From Williopsis jadinii (Eukaryota): a stretch of DNA of 64,000 bases. Location of the stretch: the NCBI GenBank assembly GCA_024346625.1, contig AP024664.1, forward strand, positions 3,782,001-3,846,000, given 5' to 3'. Of this stretch, positions 10,673 to 21,881 are shown piece by piece. Both the position numbers and the translations under genes were made by a program. The notes under the pieces were generated by a model. That model was not told the DNA's origin. It was given only the letters and a program-made list of their open reading frames with translations, and made no database searches. Every line of letters begins with the position of its first letter. The stretch's first letter is position 1.

Positions 10673-12331
10673 TCATTGCCTCTTGCTGTTATAGGATCCT
10701 CTATAGGAACCTCGTGGTCCGTGGTATTTTCCCCTAGTGGAGCCGTTAGCGGGCTTCGACACTTTGATGCCGCCGATACGTCCTTCTAGCTCACGAACAT
10801 CAACGTTGACAATGTGGCATCTCATCTTTATGAGGGCATTCAGGTCCTCGTCGGTGTCCTTGACTGCCGTAGGGAAGGATACCCGAACTTCAACGGTGTC
10901 CCTGTGCTTTGAGGTGACCAGCTTTGGTTGTAATTCTCTAATGAACATAAAGTTATTTGCCCCTCTCTTATAGAAAGTCGATGCGAATCCCTCTGGATAA
11001 ACCTGTGGTTCGATGTAGTTACTCCGGCGTTGTGGTTGGTAGACATCAGCTGTGGAGTCCATGCCGTAATAGTCATGGGAGTTGTAAAGTTGGATAGGTA
11101 CAGGCCCGCCTGTGTGGAAATGCTCTGGGAACAGCTCATATTCAGTGTGTTGTGTACGATACATGCTGCCTCCACTAATGTAGTCGGTCTGAGTTGGCGA
11201 GATGGACTCCTCTGGTGTCTTGACGTCAACATTGGTTTCTAGCTGTAACTGTGAATGTGGCTGTGATTGTAGCTGTGAAATAAAAGGTGATGCTTGGGGC
11301 ATGTATAGTGGTGATTGCACTGGAGGTGTGGACTCAAACTGTGGTATCTGTGATGGCTTCATGAAAAATGGATCAAACACAGTGGTCACCTGTTGTGGAT
11401 ACTGATCAAACGAAGGATTCTGTTCCACCATGGGAGAAGGGAAAAACCTCGACGTCTTCGATCCACTACGACTCGCAGACTCATACGGGGAGCCGTTGTT
11501 GGTGTTGCTCACAGGTGATGGAGACGTCAACGAATCGTCAAGGTTCAGACTTTCAATGTCAAAAGGTGACCAGGGTATTGCAGAATCACTCTTTGTTGAC
11601 AAGCTTCGGTCCTCCGTATTCCATATATTCGGCGAGCTCCAGTTTCTCTGCTCAACGAGTGTATTGGCCCTAGGCTCAGAGACTCTAAAGTCGGTGAATA
11701 GACGAGATTGTGACTCTGTCGGTTTCGAAAGAGGAGACCTCGTTAAAGACGGGAACGAAGGTGCACCACCGTGACCTCTTCTGAAACTGGAGAGCTTTGA
11801 GTTCGGCGAGACCCAAGAAGAGTCACCAGAGTATGTCGACACTCTATCTAGCTGAAGCTTTGCCGCACCAGAGTTCTCGGAATTGATACGCCCTGGCAAG
11901 TCTGTCCAACTCTTGTCCTCTGAAGACTTCAGCAATGTATATGGCTCACTCTCTTCGTCTGTGTATTGTAACTGAGGAGATGCCGACGCTGAATGAGTGA
12001 CACTGGATGCTGGTTCTCTACACTGCACCTCTGGAGCCAGCGGCTGCTGTATGATATTGGCCTCTCCAAAGTGACTGGTCGGATCAACAGTCCCGTTTTC
12101 AACGTTAACCCTTGCTATCGACGAGCCAGATGATGAAGACTTCCTGCTTGTAAGCACTACCGTCCTACCCTTCTTCGACAACAATTTCAGTTTGGTCCCA
12201 CCGCCACCGTTCACGGACGCCTTCCTCTTCACCACATCCTCCTTCTGTGCCTCTGCAACATGGGCCTGTTGTCTAAACAGGTTGTTTACCGACTGTGACT
12301 TGAACTGCTTCTTGGGCTTGTCGAGGTCCAT
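10673..12331 (-). CDS. Uncharacterised S/P/Q-rich protein (552 aa) with a small C-terminal ordered region
   Basis: Long ATG ORF, low complexity, many SP sites; C-terminal KRGANNFMFIREL..VEVRVSF..HIVNVDVREL segment and RG-rich tail. No family recognised. Confidence 0.72.
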   Translation of the reverse strand: MDLDKPKKQFKSQSVNNLFRQQAHVAEAQKEDVVKRKASVNGGGGTKLKLLSKKGRTVVLTSRKSSSSGSSIARVNVENGTVDPTSHFGEANIIQQPLAPEVQCREPASSVTHSASASPQLQYTDEESEPYTLLKSSEDKSWTDLPGRINSENSGAAKLQLDRVSTYSGDSSWVSPNSKLSSFRRGHGGAPSFPSLTRSPLSKPTESQSRLFTDFRVSEPRANTLVEQRNWSSPNIWNTEDRSLSTKSDSAIPWSPFDIESLNLDDSLTSPSPVSNTNNGSPYESASRSGSKTSRFFPSPMVEQNPSFDQYPQQVTTVFDPFFMKPSQIPQFESTPPVQSPLYMPQASPFISQLQSQPHSQLQLETNVDVKTPEESISPTQTDYISGGSMYRTQHTEYELFPEHFHTGGPVPIQLYNSHDYYGMDSTADVYQPQRRSNYIEPQVYPEGFASTFYKRGANNFMFIRELQPKLVTSKHRDTVEVRVSFPTAVKDTDEDLNALIKMRCHIVNVDVRELEGRIGGIKVSKPANGSTRGKYHGPRGSYRGSYNSKRQ

Positions 12332-12936
12332 TGCTTCTTTCAGTATATGGTCAGCTCACGAACGGATTCAGTGTCGTTTCCGATCGCTTTGCAAGGGAAA
12401 ATGGCAAGCAGAGCAATACTGGAAACCACACAACTGATTAATCCCCCCCCCCTCCATTATAAGCTAAACAGCAAAGCGCTGAGGAAAAGTTTTGATCATA
12501 GCTAAACTCGTCACGTGACATGCTGACATAAGCGATTACCTAATATCACAAAGACAGAACATCTTTTGTAAAGGGGCACACCGATGGTTTCCCTCGATAC
12601 ACAAAGACGCACAGTGCGCATCTCGAACTCGGCTTTGTTTCTGCTTTGTCTCTGCTTCACCTGTTCTGTTTACGCAGTTATTGAAGCTTCAAGTCTGAGT
12701 GGCACTCGGTGGCGCTGTGTTTGTGTACGACTCTCCATGTTGATGATTCGTCTGTGGCATTTGTGACACTCTTTAAGGAAATAGATATCTAACATCAGCA
12801 AAAGCGTTGGAAGTGGTGATTGGCTTCCTAGGGCTTGATTACAGAGGGGCTTACGCTTACAGTTCATCTGTTCTTTCTTTCGGTGTTGTTTAGAGCAAAG
12901 AGTGCGTGTAACCTGGCGTCTTTCCTATACTGCATC

Positions 12937-14445
12937 ATGTTGTTCTACTGGATGTGCGTCTTTTCGGCGTGTTTACTGTTCTGGAAGGCAGACGCCCACA
13001 GATTGAGACCGAGGGCCAACTCTACCCCTGTTGAAGAACAGATTTGGGACTACAACACCAATAAGGTGAGGGGAGTGTCGCTTGGGGGATGGTTTGTGCT
13101 TGAGCCGTATATCACGCCGTCGCTATTTGAAGCGTTTGGGTCTGATGAGTCCAAAATCCCCGTTGATGAGTACACTTTCTGTCAACAGTTGGGCAGGGAA
13201 GAGGCCAAGAGAAGGCTAGAGAAGCATTGGTCAGAGTACTATACAGAACAGGATTTCATCGACATTAAGAATCTCGGCTTGAACTTGGTTAGAATTCCTG
13301 TTGGTTACTGGGCTTTCCAATTGCTCGATAATGATCCTTATGTTCAAGGACAAGAAAAGTACATTGATCAATCGATCCAGTGGGCCAAGAACCAAGGGTT
13401 AAAGGTTTGGTTTGATTTACACGGTGTTCCTGGTTCGCAGAACGGGTTTGACAACTCTGGTAAGCGTGGTACAATTGGCTGGCAGCACTCAGAAACCAAT
13501 CTGGAGGTCACACAAAACACATTGGACTATATTTTTGGGAAGTATGGCCAGGAACAGTTCCAGGATACTGTGATTGGTATCGAGATTGTGAATGAACCAA
13601 TGATGTCTTCTTTAAACGTCACTGGTGTGCTACAGTTCACATATGACAGCTATGACCGCTTCAGAAACAAATACAACTCACAGAATTGGTTTTTAGTGCA
13701 GGAGGGTTTCATGAGCATTGGATATTGGAATGAGCATCTTAACAACGACTTTCAAAACGTTAGTCGAAAGTACACCTCGAAAAATGGCCTTTACAACACT
13801 ACGGTCCTAGACTTCCATGGTGTCGTTATAGACCATCATCATTATGAAGTGTTCACCACGGGACAACTTGCTAAAAGTTCTGAAGAGCGCATTAATGACA
13901 TTAGAAACTATGCGAAGGCTGTTGAGCTAGAACAGAGCTACCATCCTTCGTTGATTGGAGAATGGTCGGGCGCAATCACAGATTGCGCCAAATGGTTGAA
14001 TGGAGTTGGCACAGGTGCGAGATATGACGGAACGTTTAGTTCCGACCAGCTACTTAGATCTGGGAATCAAAGCATAAGCAGACTAAGACGTCGTGACGAT
14101 GCGACCAAGTCTTGCTCCAACGTGGCAACCTACAAGCATATGTCTCAGAGCCACAAGGATGAGATACGGAAGTTCAACGAGATCCAGCTCATATCCTACG
14201 AGGCGAACACTGCAGGGTGGATCTTTTGGAACTACAAGACCGAGGATGCCATCGAGTGGGACCTTCGAGGGTTGATCGACAAGAAGATGTTTCCTCATCC
14301 ATTTGACGACTTCAAGTACTTCACCAAGGTTGATGGCGAGTTTGTTGCCAAAAACGGTGCGACGGTGGATTCTGCGCCCTGGACAGCATTTCCACTACTT
14401 GCAGTATCGGTGTTGGCAATGACTGTGTTTGGTTGTTTCGTATAA
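12937..14445 (+). CDS. EXG2: GH5 exo-1,3-beta-glucanase, GPI-anchored (EXG2-like)
   Basis: [21 protein letters not shown], acid/base VNEP, nucleophile GEWS; signal peptide and C-terminal GPI-type hydrophobic tail; ATG at 12937. Confidence 0.88.
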   Translation: MLFYWMCVFSACLLFWKADAHRLRPRANSTPVEEQIWDYNTNKVRGVSLGGWFVLEPYITPSLFEAFGSDESKIPVDEYTFCQQLGREEAKRRLEKHWSEYYTEQDFIDIKNLGLNLVRIPVGYWAFQLLDNDPYVQGQEKYIDQSIQWAKNQGLKVWFDLHGVPGSQNGFDNSGKRGTIGWQHSETNLEVTQNTLDYIFGKYGQEQFQDTVIGIEIVNEPMMSSLNVTGVLQFTYDSYDRFRNKYNSQNWFLVQEGFMSIGYWNEHLNNDFQNVSRKYTSKNGLYNTTVLDFHGVVIDHHHYEVFTTGQLAKSSEERINDIRNYAKAVELEQSYHPSLIGEWSGAITDCAKWLNGVGTGARYDGTFSSDQLLRSGNQSISRLRRRDDATKSCSNVATYKHMSQSHKDEIRKFNEIQLISYEANTAGWIFWNYKTEDAIEWDLRGLIDKKMFPHPFDDFKYFTKVDGEFVAKNGATVDSAPWTAFPLLAVSVLAMTVFGCFV

Positions 14446-14536
14446 GCTCGAAAGTACTACGATAACGAAGAGCATCTTTGATGCTCTGCGAGTCTACAGA
14501 TTGAGTTTAGATGCTCGCTGATCTCATGATGATGTT

Positions 14537-14588
14537 TTTCATGCCATTCTGCGCCATTTCATGCCATTCTATATCTTTTCATGCCATT
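14537..14588. repeat. Three copies of TTTCATGCCATT at 20-bp period
   Basis: Copies at 14537, 14557 and 14577. Confidence 0.85.
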
Positions 14589-15249
14589 TTACGTCACTAC
14601 GCCACTTCTAAAATTAGACCCGCCAGCACAAAGCCGACCCCATAGCGCGCTGTTTCCTAAAGTCTACGCCAAAGATTTGCGCAAAGCATCAACTTTACGC
14701 CCAAAACGCACCGCCAGGGCTTGCAACTTTTTCGCTTTTTCACCCTTCCTTGGCCTCTTTTGCGCGCCTTTTTGCCAGCGTGCGCGTATCTTCTCTTCAC
14801 CCTGTTTGATCTCACAATCTCACCTTTCCATAGGCAAAATTGGCTACTTATTTTTAGTTTTATAGCTATAATTTCCGTCACGTCCACTGTTGTGAAGAAG
14901 TTTCGCAATTCCCAATCCTCCCCCCTCGTTCCAACAGCTTTCCGATACCGTCAAAGCGTCCTGGTCATCATCGCTGACAGCACTTGATTCCACTTTAGGT
15001 AATAAGTTTCGTGCGCTTTTTCAAACTTTTTCTGGGCCCGCAAGTAGCTCCTTCAGCTTCGCTGGGTATTAAATCACAACGTTGACGATTCATAGGGGGT
15101 GGGTGTTTTACATATCACAAAGTACTGAGCATCTCCATACACTGTGTGCCACTGATTGAAGGGAACACAGCATTGGCAGAGGAAAGGACGAGCGAGAAGG
15201 AAGAGGACACTGTTTGTCATAATCGCACTATATTATATAACACTCAAGC

Positions 15250-16614
15250 ATGCGATTCGAGGTATCGTTGAGGGCGCTGATGGTGCCAATGTTCTTGGCC
15301 CAGCAGGCACTGTCGATAGATCTGGATGTTGATTCCGAGACGAGTATCTGTGATGCGTCTGCTCTGGTCATCGGCGGTGTCATGGACTACTACCAAGGTA
15401 CACGTTACGGTGGTACCGTTGGTATGTTCCAAGACCCGTACTACTGGTGGGAAGCCGGTGAGGCCATGGGCTCGATGTTGGGGTTCTGGTACTTCTGCAA
15501 GAACGACACGTATGAAGACGTGATCTACGATGCGCTCATGGCGCAGAGAGGTAGCAATAACGACTACATTCCTTCAAACCAGTCTATGACGGAAGGTAAC
15601 GATGATCAAGGCTTTTGGGGGCTTGCCGTGATGGAGGCAACAGAGCGTAACTTCACCAACCCGCCATCCGACCAACCAGGTTGGCTGGCACTGACACAGG
15701 CCGTGTTCAACACCATGTGGGCTAGATGGGATGACCAGTACTGCGGTGGAGGACTGAGATGGCAGATCTTCACCTGGAACTCCGGTTACACGTATAAGAA
15801 CACCATCTCCACTGCCTGTATGATTGCCATAGGTACCAGACTTGGACGGTACACTGGAAACACCACTTATATCGATATTGCCAACGAGGCCTTCGAGTGG
15901 CTCGAGAACATTGGCTTCGTCTCCATCTCCGATGGCTCTGCCCGTGTCTACGATGGTGCCAGTATCACTGATAACTGTTCTTCGATCACAGGGCTGGAGT
16001 GGACGTACAACATTGGTCTGCTCATGGCTGGTTCTGCCTATGCGTACAACGCCACTGAGGATGATCTCTGGCTCCAAAGAACAGAAGCATTGGTCCAAGG
16101 TGCCTCGGTCTTCTTCGTGGACGATATCATGTATGAACGTGCTTGTCAGGGAACCTCATCCGGTTGTAATACTGATCAGCGTTCCTTCAAGTCTATCTTT
16201 TCCCGTTGTTTGGGCCAAACAGCAGTTATGGCGCCAACTACATACGATACCATCTACACGTGGCTGGTTGCCTCCGCCGAGGGCGCTGCTAAGTCGTGTA
16301 CTGGTGGTTACGATGGACATACGTGTGGATTGAACTGGCAACTGGGCTCCAATGATGGTAATTATGGGTTGGGAGAACAAATATCCGCACTGGAGGTGTT
16401 TGACAACCTACTCATCAAGGACAGACCAGCTCCTTATACAAACGAAACAGGCGGTACCTCCGAAGGTGATGCCAGCGCAGGAACAAGTTCAACCACAACA
16501 CAGCTGGATACCGCTGCCCTGAATATCACAGGTGGTGATAAGGCTGGTGCTGGTATCATCACTGCTATTGTGCTTGCTGTCATCATTGCCGGGTGCGTAT
16601 GGATGGTGATATGA
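15250..16614 (+). CDS. DFG5: GH76 GPI-anchored mannosidase/transglycosidase Dfg5
   Basis: DYYQGTRYGGTVGMFQDPYYWWEAG, catalytic EGNDDQ, CGGGLRWQIF; signal peptide and GPI tail. Confidence 0.9.
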   Translation: MRFEVSLRALMVPMFLAQQALSIDLDVDSETSICDASALVIGGVMDYYQGTRYGGTVGMFQDPYYWWEAGEAMGSMLGFWYFCKNDTYEDVIYDALMAQRGSNNDYIPSNQSMTEGNDDQGFWGLAVMEATERNFTNPPSDQPGWLALTQAVFNTMWARWDDQYCGGGLRWQIFTWNSGYTYKNTISTACMIAIGTRLGRYTGNTTYIDIANEAFEWLENIGFVSISDGSARVYDGASITDNCSSITGLEWTYNIGLLMAGSAYAYNATEDDLWLQRTEALVQGASVFFVDDIMYERACQGTSSGCNTDQRSFKSIFSRCLGQTAVMAPTTYDTIYTWLVASAEGAAKSCTGGYDGHTCGLNWQLGSNDGNYGLGEQISALEVFDNLLIKDRPAPYTNETGGTSEGDASAGTSSTTTQLDTAALNITGGDKAGAGIITAIVLAVIIAGCVWMVI

Positions 16615-16862
16615 TCGTCAATAGTAGCCAGCACACACTTTTGAGCGTGATGTCTACCACCAAGAGGACTGTGTCCGTGTGTATGTATGTCTTTTCTATT
16701 CATATATGTTTTGCTCTTTCCCCGTTATTCCATTTGCTCATCAAGAATTTGATTTTGACCTTGCTTTAGCTGTAGATCCTCATAGTGTGTACATCAACTC
16801 CCCGAAACCGGAGCCAGGGAATCTTCCTCGCCCAGGCTGCTAATACATCATCACCAACAAGG

Positions 16863-17684
16863 ATGCAACGGCTAATGGCGCTTCCGGACCAGTTGATTCC
16901 CTTCTACAAGAAGACGATGAGTTTCAAAGTCATTTATCACACCCATTCGCCGGTCATTTCCCCTTCTACAAGGAGACTCTGTATCCTGGACTCGTCATTC
17001 AATCCACCACACCTGGGCCACTACGCACTGGTAAACAAGTCCATCACGTATCCATACCATGGCCAGGTGATGCCAAAGGACTCTGTGGGCGTGCTGCTCA
17101 TGTTCAGTGTCAACAACTGTGATAAGAAGACCCCCAAACCAGCTCCCTTTGAGCACCGTGTGCAGATGATGTGCCTGTTGGCAGATCACATCAAGCAGGA
17201 GATGGATGTTCCTGTGTACGTCATCGTCACTGACCAGCCGATATTTGCTGACAAGTCTGTACAGGTTCAGCAGTGGATTAAGCAGACCGCTGGTCTCGTG
17301 GAAGGGTTGCGGTTGACGTTCCTGCTAGGATTCGATACGCTAGTGAGGGTGTTTGATAACAAGTACTACGCGCCAACACCCACAACGGTGGCGTTGGAAG
17401 GGTTCATGAGGCATAATGATCTCTTTGCACTTACACGTGATGACGATAAGGAGTATTCTCTGGAGCAGCAGTTGAGCTACGTGGAAAATATAAGATCTGG
17501 CAAGAACAAAGACTGTCTTCCAGAGTGGAGCGAGCGCATCTTCATAGGTGAAGGTGATCCTTCCTTGCTCAAGGTCTCATCTTCAAGAATAAGGGCATTG
17601 ATCGAGAGCGGTGATACTACTTGGCAAACAGAGACCATACCGTCAATTGTTGAGTTTATTCAAGAGAGCAAGCCCTACGAGTAA
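16863..17684 (+). CDS. POF1: Nicotinamide mononucleotide adenylyltransferase Pof1
   Basis: LDSSFNPPHLGH HIGH-like motif, SVNNCDK, FLLGFDTLVRVFD, VSSSRIR. Start codon uncertain (several nearby ATGs). Confidence 0.85.
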   Translation: MQRLMALPDQLIPFYKKTMSFKVIYHTHSPVISPSTRRLCILDSSFNPPHLGHYALVNKSITYPYHGQVMPKDSVGVLLMFSVNNCDKKTPKPAPFEHRVQMMCLLADHIKQEMDVPVYVIVTDQPIFADKSVQVQQWIKQTAGLVEGLRLTFLLGFDTLVRVFDNKYYAPTPTTVALEGFMRHNDLFALTRDDDKEYSLEQQLSYVENIRSGKNKDCLPEWSERIFIGEGDPSLLKVSSSRIRALIESGDTTWQTETIPSIVEFIQESKPYE

Positions 17685-17716
17685 TGGCGAGCCACATTAT
17701 TATAGATCTACTTAGA

Positions 17717-19291
17717 CTAGCCCTCATAGTTCAATCCATCGTTCCAGAAGTTCACCTCAAGCAGGCACACATCGCTGAAGATCTTGATCAGCCTAGCGGC
17801 CTTCTCGTAGCTGATGCCCACTGCGTGTCTCTCCAAGCTGGTCTCTCCTTTCTGCACAGCATCGTAGTACCAATCTGAGGTGTACGTCTCCATCCACTGG
17901 ACGTACTTTGGAATGTCAGTGGTGACGGGGAAGTTGGACGTTGCCCTGTAGTATCCAAGGAGGCATGGCGACATGGCGACGCTGATCTCCAGCCAATCAC
18001 CGCCTTCAGCAACCTTACGCAGATAAGCTGTGTACTCCTTGCACGCGTCGCTCATCTGTAATGACAAAGAGTCAAAGTTCGTCACTCCCTGGTCCTTCAG
18101 CGTCTCAGCATGGCTTGACATCTCCTTGGTGACGCCGTTCAGGATCTCGATCTGACGCGTCATACAATCGAGGTCTGGTGCAAGCGAGCACAGCACCGCG
18201 TGGATCTTTGCGTAGTTGACCAGGTAAGGGTAGTCCTGAGAGATGTATCTCACGAACTTGTGCATTGGCAGAGTGCCATTGGCCACCTTCTCGACAAACG
18301 GATGGTTGATGTACTGGTTCCAGACGGGCTTAACCATTGGATGGGACAACAAGTAGTCGACGAACCCGCCCTCGACAAACACTGCTCCTGTTCCATGTTT
18401 GAAACAAGGTGAAGCTATGTGGTACACGTGGTTGACAGGGCCATTACCATGGCCAATCTTGGATGCTGAGTTTATGGCGCCTTGTGCGTAGCGAATACCG
18501 TTCTCCACGGAGTCTTCTATGGATAGGCCAGACGCGATGTTGGACGCTATGGCGGACGCCAGTGTACAGCCAGTCCCGTGTGTGTTCTCAGTCTCAACGT
18601 ACTCAGATCTGAACACAATTGTTGACTCAGTGGCGGAGATGTAGAGCACATCTGTCACGTATCTCTTGTCACTGCCTGTGCAGGTCCATGGACAATGGCC
18701 TCCTTTCAACAGCACATTCTTGGCCTGTGTGTGCTGCTGAATGAGCACCGCGTACTTCTTCAAGTCCTCGACGCCAGAGACCTTGGCCTCGATGTCGAAC
18801 AGCCTGAGGATCTTCGTGGCCTCCTCAAGATTGGGTGTCACCAAGGTGACACCTCTGATGAGCTTCTCCAGCGCGAGCTTCAATACCTCGATCTTCGCCA
18901 ACGTTGTCCCTGACGTGGAAACCATCACCGGGTCTATCACCACGGGCTTGCCCCTGTGGTGTGACTGCACAAACCTCGACAGGATCTCGATGGCATCCTC
19001 AGTCAGCATCCCGGTCTTGATGACATCAACCTCCACGTCGTCGAAAATGGACTGGAAGATCGACTCCAGGGCCTCTGGCCTGGTGAACTCGACACCGTTG
19101 ACACCCTGTGTGTTCTGCATAGTCAATGCTGCTATAGCAGTCAGTCCATAGCATCCATGTGCTGTGATGGTCTTTAGATCGGCCTCGGTGCCGGCTCCTC
19201 CACTGCAGTCAGAGCCAGCAACGGTTAACACCGTCGGTAGCGAGGCCTTCACTGTAGGCGCATTAGCAATCTCCACCTCTCTCGTAGCCAT
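17717..19291 (-). CDS. THI20: HMP/HMP-P kinase-thiaminase II fusion (THI20/21/22 family)
   Basis: VLTVAGSDCSGGAG, THGTGCTLASA ThiD domain; C-terminal TenA domain (YISQDY, SPCLLGY, LEVNFW); ATG at 19291. Confidence 0.93.
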   Translation of the reverse strand: MATREVEIANAPTVKASLPTVLTVAGSDCSGGAGTEADLKTITAHGCYGLTAIAALTMQNTQGVNGVEFTRPEALESIFQSIFDDVEVDVIKTGMLTEDAIEILSRFVQSHHRGKPVVIDPVMVSTSGTTLAKIEVLKLALEKLIRGVTLVTPNLEEATKILRLFDIEAKVSGVEDLKKYAVLIQQHTQAKNVLLKGGHCPWTCTGSDKRYVTDVLYISATESTIVFRSEYVETENTHGTGCTLASAIASNIASGLSIEDSVENGIRYAQGAINSASKIGHGNGPVNHVYHIASPCFKHGTGAVFVEGGFVDYLLSHPMVKPVWNQYINHPFVEKVANGTLPMHKFVRYISQDYPYLVNYAKIHAVLCSLAPDLDCMTRQIEILNGVTKEMSSHAETLKDQGVTNFDSLSLQMSDACKEYTAYLRKVAEGGDWLEISVAMSPCLLGYYRATSNFPVTTDIPKYVQWMETYTSDWYYDAVQKGETSLERHAVGISYEKAARLIKIFSDVCLLEVNFWNDGLNYEG

Positions 19292-19928
19292 GATACTCAA
19301 TTGAACGGTCTTTCAGCGGTGATTGTCATCAAAACATCGTGATGGGACATTGAGAGGGTCAAAGCTCCCGCTAATAAATACTTTTTGGCGGAGATGCCTC
19401 CCTCGCACGGGCTGTCCGGTGTGTATGCGCTTATGTTGATTTTTACACCATAAGGTGGTCTCTCACAGGGCTGGCAAGAGTTGAAGTAGCATAGTTAAGG
19501 TAGCACGGTTTATGAGTCGTATATAGGCGATCTTCAAACCACAACATGATGGACGCGGGCGCTGTAACGGGTTAAACATAATAGATTTACAATGGCAGAA
19601 TAGAAAATCCTCTCCATATATTCTTAAATAACAAATAAAAAATGCTTTTCACTCTTTAATATCCTCCCCATGATTTATACACAAGCTTCCATCGTTACGC
19701 TGACAGCTGTGCGATACAACTCCCGCACGGCCTTGTCTGATATAACGGTGAAGTAAGGGTGGGAAAGTTAAGAGGTTCGAAAGGGAAGAGAAAGATCGTG
19801 CTTGCTTGTAATGTGGTGATTTGTTTTTTTGTTTATTTTAGACTCATATAATCTTGTACTGTGAATGTGAAAGAGGCTGCTCCTCGCTCCTTGTAGCCTC
19901 AACGTACCATTGCTCCTCATGAAAGAGC

Positions 19929-20309
19929 TTATTTGGCAACCTCAACGTTATCCAGCTCAACTCTCTCAGCAGCCTCGGCCTCAAGTTCCAACAAGTATGG
20001 CAACAAGTACGGAGTGTCCTCGGATGGCTTAAGAGCCTTGTCGGCGGAAAGCAAGTGGTGGGTGATACCGCACTGAGCAGCAGTCAGCATTCTGAAGTTT
20101 CTGGCGTAGATCTCGTCCTTTGGCAATCTGGAAAGCGCCTTCTGAACGGTTGGGTTCTCCTCGTGGATCAAGTCGTCAAACTTGAGGCCGAGCTGGCGGT
20201 AGCCAGAGTAAGCGCAGAACAACTTGGCGGCTGGCACGAAGATGGATCTAAGCACTGGGGTACGCAGGATGAAGTCACCGGCCTTGACGATGGAGGTGTG
20301 GGAAGCCAT
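19929..20309 (-). CDS. QCR7: Cytochrome bc1 complex subunit 7
   Basis: SGYRQLGLKFDDLIHEENP..QKALSRLP..EDTPYLLPY; 126 aa from ATG 20309. The longer ORF-track extension is not real. Confidence 0.95.
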   Translation of the reverse strand: MASHTSIVKAGDFILRTPVLRSIFVPAAKLFCAYSGYRQLGLKFDDLIHEENPTVQKALSRLPKDEIYARNFRMLTAAQCGITHHLLSADKALKPSEDTPYLLPYLLELEAEAAERVELDNVEVAK

Positions 20310-20654
20310 TGTTTTTGTCTTGAATGGGTTTGTTGATGTAAAACTGTGCTCTTCTATTAGGCCAGTTCGCTTTTTTATCGTGGTTTTTTTTTCTCTGCCC
20401 TTGCTTTGGTACATCGGGGGCTCCCGCACTAAGAGAGCTTCGCGATTTGTTTTTCCCGCTGTTTCATTGGCCGCGGCGACTCTGCGGTTACCCGGCCGCG
20501 CGATCGCTTGTTGTGGAAGTTCTGCCGTTTTCGGGGTGTTCCGAAATTGTGTATGACGGATGCTAATTCCGACAGCATCGCCAGAACAATTCCGATGGTG
20601 GGAGGGACGTCCTCTCCCACCTGTTGATGCTTGTTCAGCCCAGTGGACGGCCAT

Positions 20655-21585
20655 ATGCTGAGGTTATCGAGGTGTTTCACCACATACAGAGCTCTTAGAG
20701 GACATGAGAACCCATTGGTAAGTTTCTGGTTTGGGACTCTGGAGATCCGTCGTGGACTAACGCGGTGTTTAGGGCTTACCAGGAAGATCTAAACAGTCGT
20801 CTGGTTTACCGGTAAGACAGAGGATTCCCGGTGTTGGCAAGGTTCTGCTGGTATCCTCTGGTAAAGGCGGTGTTGGGAAGTCAACGGTGAGTGTAAACCT
20901 GGCGCTGGCGATGTCGCAGCTGGGCCAGAGAGTTGGGATATTGGATGCAGACGTGTTCGGACCTTCTTTGCCAACGTTGGTGAATCTCTCTGGCGAGCCA
21001 CGTATCAACTCCAAGGGCCAGTTGATCCCGCTGGTGAACTATGGCGTTCAGACCATGTCAATGGGCTATCTGATTAAGCAGGACAACCCTGTGGTCTGGC
21101 GAGGGCTGATGGTGATGAAGGCCATGCAGCAGTTGCTATTTGAGGTTGCCTGGGATAACGTGGACGTTCTCGTGGTAGACATGCCCCCAGGCACTGGTGA
21201 CACTCAGCTGAGTATAGGCCAGCAGGTTAAGATTGATGGCTCCATCATCGTCTCCACGCCACAGGATATTGCACTCATCGACGCGGTCAAGGGCGTGTCA
21301 ATGTTTGAGAAGATGCGCATACCCATCCTGGGGCTGGTGCAGAACATGGCGTACTACCACTGTCCCAACTGCCACCACGAAGACCACATCTTCGGGCCTG
21401 TAGACGGTGCTATAAAGATGGCAGAGAAGAAGGGACTACACACGCTGGGCTCCATCCCTCTAAACAGCGAGATCTGTGCTCAAAGCGACAAGGGCAAGCC
21501 AATTGTGCTGAGCAAGGAGCACACACAGGTATCAAAACCGTACTTTGACATATCCAAAGAGGTGTTACAATTGCTCAAACTGTGA
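20655..21585 (+). CDS. IND1: Ind1 (Mrp/NBP35 P-loop ATPase), complex I Fe-S assembly factor; spliced join(20655..20717,20773..21585)
   Basis: 55-nt intron GTAAGT..GACTAAC..TAG (20718-20772) gives MLRLSRCFTTYRALRGHENPL|GLPG..SSGKGGVGKST; presequence, DMPPGTGD, CPNC. Confidence 0.88.
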
Positions 21586-21828
21586 AGCAACACGTGTCGC
21601 CTGTGAATACTCTGGCCCAGCAATGCTTCACTACCAGCATATATATATGTACATATACATATAAACGGTGATCTTTGTGTCACTTCATCCGTGCTCAGCT
21701 ATATAGCGTACTATCTTTGTGTTCATGAAACAGTTGTTTACATCCATGTTGATACCCACAAGAAGAAGGAATACCATCATCACTTAGCACACCTAACTAG
21801 TCTGTTCCACTTGCTACTGAACTGGGTG

Positions 21829-21873
21829 GATTCTGTTGATTCTGTTGATTCTGTTGATTCTGTTGATTCCGTT
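21829..21873. repeat. 9-bp tandem repeat (GATTCTGTT)x5
   Basis: Four perfect copies and one variant, ending 8 bp before ATG 21882. Confidence 0.9.
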
Positions 21874-21881
21874 GTGTCTTG

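Noticed and set aside
12510..12519. GTCACGTGAC (CDEI/Cbf1 palindrome) as a possible point centromere
   Set aside because: No long AT-rich CDEII or CDEIII follows; probably an ordinary Cbf1/bHLH promoter site.
19292..19928. TPP riboswitch upstream of THI20
   Set aside because: No CTGAGA or CTTGATC..TAAT..AGCG..AG core and no clear 5' UTR intron on the minus strand.
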